Positions 26,119 through 36,391 of a DNA stretch of 46,223 bases are shown in pieces (positions within the stretch are counted from its first letter, which is position 1; every line of letters starts with the position of its first letter). The position numbers were made by a program, and so were the translations under genes. The stretch spans positions 1 to 46,223 of the forward strand of contig ADNK01003272.1 of assembly GCA_000320545.1 (NCBI GenBank), in the 5' to 3' direction. Source of the stretch: Bigelowiella natans CCMP2755 (lineage: Eukaryota; Protista; Cercozoa). The notes below the pieces were generated by a model, which searched no databases, was not told where the DNA came from, and saw nothing but the letters and a program-made list of their open reading frames with translations.

Positions 26119-26616
26119 TTATTTCCGTTTCATTCTGCTAGAAAACAACATTTTGGAGATTATCTTCAGAAGATAAGTTTCAAAAATATAAAAATATGTA
26201 GAATAAACTAAAGGAGCAATTAAATGTACAATTCTTGGATTTGAAGAGAACTTTTTCAAGTAACTCTGACTGATAATCTTATTAGCTACGCCAAACTTCA
26301 CACCGAGCAATGAAAATGAGAAGCCAAGAATTGCTCCAGCTCCAGAAAATGTAATATTACGAACAAGAAACTTGTGATAAAGTGTCACCATCCACATGTA
26401 TCCAACGACTACCATCACAGATCCCCATGCTTTTTCGAAGATATTACGGCCAAGAACGTTATATTTTTCCAGGTAAAAAATGGTAAACGATGACATGATG
26501 ACTGAAACAATAAGTTTCTCGTTAAGGGCGAGCATTTTGAACTTCATTGTAAATTTCAGCTTTGAACCATGCAGGATTACGTGATCCAATTTTGACCCAT
26601 TAGAGCATAGGCACAC
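26119..26616 (-). CDS. Putative multi-pass membrane protein (terminal exon or small gene)
   Basis: 165-codon non-repetitive ORF with about four hydrophobic segments. Upstream exons could not be assigned and no family was recognised. Confidence 0.4.
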   Translation of the reverse strand: MCLCSNGSKLDHVILHGSKLKFTMKFKMLALNEKLIVSVIMSSFTIFYLEKYNVLGRNIFEKAWGSVMVVVGYMWMVTLYHKFLVRNITFSGAGAILGFSFSLLGVKFGVANKIISQSYLKKFSSNPRIVHLIAPLVYSTYFYIFETYLLKIISKMLFSSRMKRK

Positions 26617-27200
26617 TTCAAGATATGTATGGCCATTTCAAACCGAAATGACACAATTATCAACAACATTTCTCATCAAAGTCCTTCATTTTAATGTTGG
26701 ATTTTTTCCCAAAAAATGTGGCATACGTAAACCGACACAGAATGCTCGCTCCACAATCGAAGTTACCGTTGAGCGGCATCAAGTTTTTCTCTGCTTATCT
26801 ATCCGAAATGAAATTGACTCCATTACATATCTGCGACAAAAAAGAAGAAAGGCAGATGTGAAATTCGACCCACACACCTTGGTTGTGCTCATCAAATTTG
26901 ATGTGTGGCAACACGTTGTTTGTGAAAGGAAGTATAATTGCAAGCTGCGACAATGATATTTGGCCACTGGTAGACAACAACAAAATGCTTGTGAATGAAG
27001 CTCGCTCGTGTTTGCACGATCTGTCGGCGGCACGCAACAATGATCAGGAAAAAACAAATAGCAGACTTTGCTGCTGCCCATTGACCGACTTGAACCAGAG
27101 GCTCAGCGAGTCTATTTCAACATCACGTTACAGCGTTCGTGAGGAGGTTGACCATTACGTCCGCCGATACTACGAAAATAAAATATTCATCGTGATCCGT

Positions 27201-29112
27201 ATGGGTAATGCGGTACGCAAACGGCGCGTGCAGACTTCTGGAGAAGTAAAACGACGCTACCGTCGAAGTCGATGGATAAAAACAAGTAAGGCCCCAGGTA
27301 GAACGGTGCCGATGGAGGTCGAAGGGGTTCCTAAGGACCATCAGGATGTCAAGGAAAATGACCCCGTTGTAGACAACTGCGAAGTAGAAAGAAAGAGTAA
27401 AATACTGGCTTTTGATGAAGGGAAGTCATCTAAATCATCTGGTTTGTAATAGTTATATTTGATTGTAATTCCCGATTCAACATTTTATTTTACTTTATGT
27501 CTTCCTGTCTTACAGTTATCATACAGGGTAGCAGCAGTAGCATTGTCGCCAATAAGCGGTTTTCAGTCTCACGAGATGCTTCATATCAGGTGATTGAGAA
27601 TAATGATGATTTTAATGTGAGAATACTCAATTAGTAACGCTAAATCGAAGGGTATCTTACCGAAGAGGAAAAAACAAGATAGAGGTAAGTTAACCGTCGT
27701 GCTGGATATGGACGAAACTTTAATTCATAGTAAGGTAACCATATGACTTTACGATTCAAAATCAGACCAATTTTATGTTTACTTAAGTGATTCCCTCTCA
27801 AGTTTCAGAGCCAATCAAACACCTACAGACAAGAAGAAAAACGGAAGACAGCAACCAGAAAAGTACGACGTTATGCTACCTAGATCGTATATATTTATCT
27901 ATATAGATATCGTCTAATTATTGCAGGGAGATGTTGTTTTTGATTTATCTCTGGGCCTTGGAACTGGAACAAAAGAAAAAGTAATAAATTCTCGTATGTA
28001 AAAATGATATCTCTTTACAATAACGTACGCGGGTCATGTGGATTTGATTTCAACGCGTTGGACTAACTATGAGCCTGATGCTGATGCTGCCGAGATGAAA
28101 TACAATCCAACTTTACAGGTAGAAGTCTTTAAGCGACCAGGCTTGGACAAATTCTTAGATGAAGCTGCAAAACACTTTGAGGTGAATATCGGGAAGAAAC
28201 ACTATTTATGTAAAACTCAAGTAAAACACATAAAATTTGTAGGTGGTTCTCTTCACAGCAGCGATACCAATCTATGCCAAACCTGTTTTGGTAGTGCCAA
28301 AACCATGCCTGCGCAGAGTGTCATTGGTAATAAAATTAATTTTAAATACTCATTGTTTAGGACCGAATCGACCCAAAGAAAAGACTGAAATATCGACTTT
28401 TCAGAGATTCCACAGTGACGTTTGAGGTTTAATTTATTTCAGTTGTGAAACGTCCTTTCCCAAATGTTTTTTCATATTTGAACTAAGTATGAATTTTTTT
28501 TAGGGGCAACCCTATGTGAAGGATATTAGCTTGCTAGGTTTTAATATTTTAACATATAGTTTGTCCCCATTATTGTTAATTAAATATTATGGTTCGAATT
28601 GCAGGGCGAGACCTCAGCCGTGTCGTTCTGGTTGATAACAATCCTGCAGCTATGGTAGAGCTGATATATTTTTTTGAGTATCAAATGGTATGAGTGCCTG
28701 TTAATATACCGAAAAGCTGGCCTGCCCTGATAACGCTATTCCAATACTATCGTTCTACGATTCGTCAAAAGGTAAATATTATCGATTGTAACTGGAATTG
28801 TCCATTGCTTGACTCTGCATCCTAATTACTAGATCGGGAACTTGAGAGCCTATTGCCGCTGCTTTTTCAATTGAAGGTGAATCCATAAATATTTATTAAA
28901 CCATTTCTAACACCTTACCTACCAAAGGATGTTGAAGATGTACGCGAGCCACTCATAAAAAGGTGCAATTTACATCATTTTAGTTTCCCAAAATTTTTAT
29001 TTATTTCCTCACTTTCTCCACTAGATTTGGTTTTCGAGCTATGATTGAAGAAGCAAAGAAAATTTCTGTTGATGACAACTACAGTGAGGATTATAGCGAT
29101 AGTGAATCGTAA
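27201..29112 (+). CDS. FCP/SCP (NIF domain) CTD small phosphatase-like protein, possibly N-myristoylated
   Basis: ATG 27201 (MGNAVRK). Exons give LTVVLDMDETLIHS (DxDxT), VFKRPGLDKFL, VVLFTAAIPIYAKPVLDRIDP, YRLFRDS, YVKDISLLGRDLSRVVLVDN, DRELESLLPLL, DVEDVR. Stop TAA at 29110-29112. Confidence 0.9.
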
Positions 29113-30166
29113 TTTGTAAGACTACAGGCATTCGACAAGTGAGATCTAACAAACACAGTGTAAAACCATGAAACATGATTGCTAATTCAGACCAAATCTG
29201 GCGCACATGTAGATTCATTTCGCAAAAACAGGCATCAGATGCTGGAGGACATTTTGCACATTGGAAGAACCTGCATGACGTAGCAAGTTGTAATTTGGTC
29301 GATGTGCACATGTGACAAATCATCAGTGTGCACACACTCAATTGATGTAGCGATGCAATTTGTGCAAAAAGTCAACATCAGAAACCAATCTAAACTTGTG
29401 TGCCGCTCAGATCTAGAGGTTTGTGTGCATTGCACCGCACACACTGAGTGCACTTTGCGAGTCAGCAGCATGTGCTAGTGTGGTGTGGATGACCAAATTG
29501 GGTTGCCATGTCACCAATCCATCTAGCCATGCCAGCATGTGCGAGAATGTTTGCAAGAATTTGGCACTTCTGGCATTGTTTAGGGATGAGAAGCGAACAA
29601 CATGCATCGACAAAAGAGGTGCAGATCGAGATGTCGATCACACGTCATCCTTGCAATGCTAGAATGGGGTCACAATTCGCAAGATGTGTGCAGCATCATG
29701 AGCCTGTCTGGCTCTGGAGCTGCAGGGCCTGATGCCAACACAAAACGAACAAACCTGATGTGGAGATGAACAAACTCCAAAACAAACTTGCAAAAAAATC
29801 AAGCACAAGCACACAAACTTTCACTCAACAAATTGTCAAACTTTCTGGCTTCACACTTCGCTAGTTCGGAAAGTGTGATCTTCATCACGTTGCACGTGAG
29901 AAAGTGCACAACCCACAAAAAAATGAGTGCTGTGCATGGTGGATGGATGTGAATTTGCAATTGTTGACTTGCTCAATTGTTCCAACTTCATTCTCTGGAA
30001 GCTCCATGGAGACAAATCGTGACACTGGCATTCAACGCATTGATTTTACATGGAACGCCAAATCCAAAACAAAAGGCGGATTTCAAATGTCGTAGTTGGT
30101 AAGTTCCATGCATTTGGATGTTCGCTAGTCGGACGGGTGGGGTACTAAGATCTTCCACAACGAGAC

Positions 30167-32690
30167 ATGTCCACTATGTCCACCGCACATAAGAGCAGCA
30201 TGACGAAGGGAGGGGAGGCGACTATTAAAAAGGCAATTCCGTTGATGCTTCTATTAATGTAGTTGGCTTATCAATATTTTGGTCGGGTAAGTTCGTGTCA
30301 CGATGGCCGACGATACAGAGTGCTTGGAAGGTATTTCATTCGTTTTAATCACGATGCAACTCATTTAATTTGTCACTATTCTTATCAAGTCGATCGTAAT
30401 CAGGTTTTTGATTCAAGCATGCAAGGCCGGGTCTCGTTCAATGACTTTAAGAGTGGATTCGAAATATGTGGTGAGTACATAGGATCGACACTGTCTATTG
30501 ATACCATTTATGAGTGAATAGAGCCATGGAATGAAATAAAACAGGAGATATGCACTCTAATGATCTCAAGCAAATCTGGAATACACTAGATCAAGAGGGT
30601 CTCGGATCCATTGAGTTTGAGGTAGGAATTTTATTTAAAACTTTATTCAGTTCGCCCTGTCAGTATTAGGAAATATCATTTACTCGAAGAAATATTTCAT
30701 TTAGACATTCCAAAAGGGATTTTGTACGTGGCTAGAATCACACGGAGAAAATCCTGTGGCACATAGATCTGATCCAAAGTTACAAAGCAAACGCGAGCCG
30801 TTGGGGGTCGCTCAGCCTTCTAATAACGATCAAACACCGCCTTCAATGCCAAGATTTACTCGAAAACCTTTGGCAATAAAGTTATTTAATAAACCATTGA
30901 ACCCAACTCCCGTTACGCAAGTAGGAGTAAGAACTCGAACTATATCTTCGCCAGCGAATGCGTACGACAAGATCCAACGCTACAAAGGCCTTGCCATCGA
31001 GCCGTCAATGGTGAACCAGGTTAGAATCTAAAGGGATTAGAAACAAAGTGGGCGAAATAATTGATTTGGTTTTCAGGTGAAAACTCCGAAAAATATTGAT
31101 AATCATCAAGCTACGGTGTACTGAAATTGTAAATCAATTTGAATGAATTTTGAAATACATTGTGGCATACTTTCAAGATGCTCGAGGAAAAAATCATGGA
31201 GCAGGAAAACTTAATTGCAGAACTACAAAAGGTATGCGAAGATGATCATATGCATCCACATGATCGTAGAACATTGTTCAGGAAATTGAAGATCTTGTAA
31301 TTCAACATGCAATAGAATTGGAGTCGCAAAAACAGGTAATCTAGTGTTCGAGTTTTAATTTGTAAGTATTTATTTTCATGTGAAATATAGGCAATGCTTC
31401 GAAGAAATAGGGAAGAAAATAGGAGGTTTCAGAAGACCTTATCTCTGTGTTGAGATTACTTTCAGTTTTTTTTTCAGATTAATGAAGGATTTAGAAGAGC
31501 TCCGAAAAGCTAAATCAGAGGCAATTGCGAGAGAGCAGCTGGCTCAAATGAAAGGGAAAAGGGACGTCGAAAGGGTATTCATCTGTAAGATTCTGATTAC
31601 ATCTATTTTAGAAATACAATTTCGTTTAGATAAAATGTCGCATGGAAAAACTCTTGGAGTCAGAAAGGAAGGTAGATATATAAAACGTAAAAAACGCGTG
31701 AATGAATATGTTCCTTGATCCTGTGTCATTCGAAAATTCTAGGCAAAGTCTCAGATTCAAAATTCTCTCACGTATACCAGACTCCAATTGGAAGAGCAGA
31801 TTGAAGAGAGAGTACATACAACCAATATGATTCGAGTCAATTCAAATTGAATTTCTGTTCTAATTAAGATGCACACCGACGGATATAGTGAACTGAAAGA
31901 ACATCCTTCAAGTGATCTGGGGGTAACATAATTTATTCATTCCTTTGGGAGCAGAGGGGGAGGGGGGGGGGTCAAGGACTAGTATATTTCGATTAATATA
32001 TTTGCACTTACATTCACATATGAATAGGATTTTAACGACAGTCTCCCTGGTAATCATTAACTCTCTGTGTAAAACATAGCTCATTGTTTTCCCGTTTTCC
32101 CCCTAAAGAAGACCCTAGTGATTTCGAAAGAAGAACTGCTGAAGTGAAGAGATTTTTGAAAATTGCTAATGAGGTCGATGTTTTGCATCTGTCAAACTGG
32201 CATAATTTCATTTTCGAATAAGAATCAATGTTGAAATTTTATTGGGATCTGGTACCACAGGTCAATAAGAATGCTATTATAGAGCTTGAAAATTTAAGGT
32301 AAAGGCTGACTTTGTTGCTTTAGTTTTTTGAATTAAAGCTGTGTATGTCCAAATATAAATATTAAAAAACAATCAAAACTGAAAGACGACGGATATCAAT
32401 CACAAAATCATCTGCAATGTCTTCTGCAGAAAGTACTTGCCTGCTCGAGAACAAAGGTATTTCCTTAGTAAAACCGATGTCTTCTTGATTTTAATGTCAA
32501 TCACCCACGAACAGATGTATTTGAAGAGTCTTCAGAGCCCCGAAGTCAAAGTGCATTTAGCCAGGCAGCTGCAGATCTGATTGCAAATGTGCCTTCTCAT
32601 CCCTCGCAAACAAGGAAGGAAAATTTAAATCAGGCGGCAAAAGGAAACGAAGATGTGGAATCGTGTGACGTGGGATGTGTAACTGTATGA
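30167..32690 (+). CDS. EF-hand pair + coiled-coil protein with a C-terminal CaaX-like motif; 5' end uncertain
   Basis: EF-hand-like exons VFDSSMQGRVSFNDFKSGF and IWNTLDQEGLGSIEFETFQKGF, then more than a dozen short phase-compatible exons rich in E/K/L heptads, ending ESCDVGCVTV* (TGA 32688-32690). Confidence 0.7.
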
Positions 32691-33613
32691 GCACTTCTTT
32701 AGTTATGTGTTACGTGTTACGTATACATGTACATGATGCAAATATCTCATACACTTGTCGCAAGCTATGTCCCGATGTGTTACCTGTTTAGTGGGAGCCA
32801 TGGCTTGTTGATGTAGCTAACAAACATGCATCATGATACGTCTAGACGTGATGATTGCACTTTGCATCAAGGCAATCGATGTTTCAGACTCTAGCAAATG
32901 AGGAGAGACGCTTGCATGCACAGCTAGCTAGCTAGAGTACGTACGCGAATCATGAATGTGCATCTAGACTAGTCTAGCTAGCTAGTAGTAGACGACATGG
33001 TTGTGACTCAATGCAGTCCATGGAAAGATGTTGCGACGCATGGACAACTCACATGCACAACCCAAACCACATGTTGCTTGCATGCAAAGTGGCAACTCAC
33101 TAGGCTGCGCAAGTTCAAAAGCAGAATGAAAATCTTGACAGGCTAGCAGGTCCAAATGCATCCAAAGCCGTGTGCTGCATGTTCGAAGTATGTTAAAAGC
33201 ACAAGGTGGTACTAGCTAGCTAGTATGCTGTGCATGAAAAATTATGTTTTCGTGGACATGGGATTCCTTTTGTAATGTAGTTGAATAAAAGGGCCATAAG
33301 ATCTCGAGTGCACTTAGAGATCCACAGACTCTGTACGTGATTCATAGATACCATCATGAACATCCTCAAAAACATCGTGGCATTCAAGTAAGAAAGTGCA
33401 ATTTGGAAGATCTTACAGCATGGTGTGCGTCCACGTTCGTGTTTTGTGTCGACTTGTTTGTGGATGCCACTGCAAACTATCGAAGTTAAGTCTGACAGAT
33501 CTAGAGATCATTGGCGAACTAGCGAAGCTGAGGCGCAGTTCTAGACTACTAGCTAGCTAGACTAGTAGAGTTGGTAGGTTAGCGTGTCTAGATGTGGCGG
33601 CTCAAGAAAAATC

Positions 33614-35625
33614 TCAAGAAATTTTGGAATTCAATGCAGTATTTGTCTTACCTTCATCATCAGGGCAAGCTAGAAGAAGTGGATTAGGAACCGTAGAAGC
33701 TGTACTCTTACTATCTCTGTCTTTTCCATCGTTTAACATTTTGTATCCCGATCCAAATTCTGATTTTGAGTCCATTGGAACTGCTGAATTATTTTCTTTT
33801 AGCATCCAAAACTCTATTATAAAGTGCAGTTACCACTCTTTTCAGTATCTGGGAAATCTTTAATGTCTGCCTCGTGCTCCAAATTCACACTGCAAATTCA
33901 AGCCGTTCATACCCAGGATAAAATTCTGAACGCAATGACAAACTTACGTTAAAAACTTATCATGCAGGAAAAGCTCCCGCCTTGGCCAGATTGTATTTAG
34001 TAGAAAGTCTGCAACAATTGTTGCCAGTGTCAAAAGTCCCAACCCAGCACCAATAGCCGTCAAAAGGCTAACCTATTTCGAAGCAATATATCGTTGAAGT
34101 AAAATCGCAGATACATCATGAATTGAGTGTGCCTTTCAAATTTACCACATCAAATTGTCCAGCCCGTCCATAAATATCAACGACGACATTTATTCCATAA
34201 AGTTTTCTGATCTCCCTGGTCGTGCTATTTTTGTTTAAGTATCGAATAGAACGAAAATTGAAACCGTCACCTTCGTCAATACGTGAAAATGACCACTGAG
34301 GACGGCAGCCGCTTTTGCCTAAAAGTATTTCATCTCTAACCAAAATTTAACAGATCTTCTTTGGAAATTTCTAGACACCGTTGTCAAGGTCACATTCGTA
34401 TTCTGCTTTGGCCAATATAACTGCCCCTCTCATGCGCGCATTTTCGAAGCACTCCCCATCACAAGCGTCCTTCAACATATCTCTCAAGTAAAATTGACTT
34501 AATCCGGGAACCTATTTTCACGGCAGTTAATTGAACATATAAATCTGAAACAGTTCCTAAGCTGCCTACCGGGCTTTTCCCACTAGTTACTGTTACGTCA
34601 AAGAGTGGAAATTGGACGTTCGTACGGATGAATACGCTAAAGTTCCTTATTCCGTAAAGGAGATTTTGGTAATCAATTCTGTGTTGTAGTTCTCATTATC
34701 AGAAATAAGCCCACTAATCTTGAGAAACAACGAATCTACTTTGGGTCTTTTTCAAGCGGACACCATGTAAGAATTTCACAGTATCCGTACTTCCCACAAG
34801 TTCCAGTCATTATTCCGTAGAGTGTTGTGTCGCCCTCTATGCATCCTTTTGAACATTTTCTTCCAGAGTTGGTCCTTTAAAACACAGAATAATAAAGTTG
34901 AGAATACGCATGATTTACAAATACTCACGTGTTATCACTGGCTACGGAACAAATCAGGTTTCTGGTCTGTTCTTGAGCTTGAAATCTTGTTGTAACAAAA
35001 AAAGCATCCTATGTGTATAGTTTATGTACCAAATTAAAGTTATCACCATATTATCATATTACCAATAGCTGTATATTTATTTTTTGATAACTGGTAATAC
35101 CTTCATTAATGGAGGAACCACTGCATCCTGAGCATCAAAAACAGTGACCTTGCCGCTACAATTTTGATATGCACAGCCTTTAACCTAAAAAGGATCAACT
35201 TCTGTTCAACGACTTTTGAAGAGTTAAGAGTATCACTTTTTCAATTCTCATGATGTACTATGATGAACCTTACATTAGGTTCCCTACTGACAAAACCTAC
35301 TTTTATCGTTGTAGTTCCAACAACGGCGTCATACTGAACATACAAAGGAAACTTGTTATGAGTGCTTCTTTTCATACTGGTCATGGTGTTCTACTAACCT
35401 TCTGGTATCCTTTTTGAAAAATTATACCGTAGCCAAGGACATATCCTACGACTGCGAATTGCAGGAATCTGAAGAGAGCACCGAGCCGCCAGTCTGTAAC
35501 CTTTCCATGAGTACAACTTCCATGACCTAATGACATCCTCCTGATACGTAAACTTAAATAACCTGGACATAACGCTGAGAATTGTAATGAAGCAATGCCT
35601 CCACCCAGGATGGACAAGAAACCAT
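33614..35625 (-). CDS. P2X: P2X purinergic receptor (ATP-gated ion channel)
   Basis: ATG 35625: MVSCPSWVEALLHYNSQRYVQ|VTDWRLGALFRFLQFAVVGYVLGYGIIFQKGYQ (TM1), TIKVKG, EICTWCPLE, YECDLD, WSFSRID..GFNFR, REIRKLYGI..DIYGRAGQFD, and TM2 LTAIGAGLGLLTLATIVADFLL. Confidence 0.9.
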
Positions 35626-36014
35626 TACAACGTTGTTTCTGACAATGATGGTGATCAGAATTTACGGATTTTCTTTTTTGGTGCTGAACGAAGAGACAAC
35701 GTTGCGATTCTTAGGGGAATTTCATCCTGCGACAACACACGTGGTAAAAATCTAGTCTAAAATTGTAGTAGTAAAGTGGTGCCTGTATCCTTTGGCGGAT
35801 CTAGATCTAACGACAAATCATGAAGGTGGACGGAGGAATAGAGATATCCCTATTCTCGAAAGGCAGATCTAAGAATGAATAAGTTAATCGGGTTGTAAGA
35901 TGAGAGAGACAATCTTTACACACAGCTCTGCAGCGTGGACATGTCTATCTCTAGCTAGATGCACATGTGTGTGCCTGCGCTGACCGGCTCCCTTCACACT
36001 TTGCAAGGGTGGTG

Positions 36015-36340
36015 TGTTGCGCGTAAGGTGTTCACAGGCCGAGGCGCTACGTGCACAAGTAGGCAGGGGGGGGGGAAGGCACGTTTGCTTCCTTTTGAAG
36101 AGTTGTGTTTATTTTTATTAAAGATTATATTTTTATTAAATCGTGCACTGCGTAATCATTCGCGAAGCTTTCGCGAATGCCGCCGCACGTGGGGCAGCAC
36201 ACTTCCGGTGTGCTGCCATGAGTCCCGCCGGAACCCACGTGCCTATGCTGTATTAATATCTACGTTATCTATATTCTATATCCGCGACAACCCCTTTGTT
36301 GTCGCACGTGACTTGTGCCCGCGTAGTGGTACGCGCTACA
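36015..36340 (-). repeat. 3' LTR (326 bp)
   Basis: Direct repeat of 41405-41730; termini TGTTGCGCGTA...TACGCGCTACA on the + strand. Confidence 0.97.
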
Positions 36341-36348
36341 CCTCCCCC
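36341..36348 (-). promoter_or_regulatory. Polypurine tract
   Basis: GGGGGAGG immediately precedes the TG of the 3' LTR on the minus strand. Confidence 0.8.
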
Positions 36349-36391
36349 AAGTCACGTTGCTCCTTCCTTCCTTCCTTATTCCCTTAGACCT

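Noticed and set aside
26883-27200. N-terminal extension of the phosphatase ORF (MCSSNLM...)
   Set aside because: It starts at a non-ATG codon in the track and looks non-coding. MGNAVRK at 27201 is the more plausible start, although an upstream ATG is not excluded.
35959-36387. 142-aa and 133-aa + strand ORFs (also 41388-41789) with identical cores
   Set aside because: They are antisense translations of the two identical LTRs.
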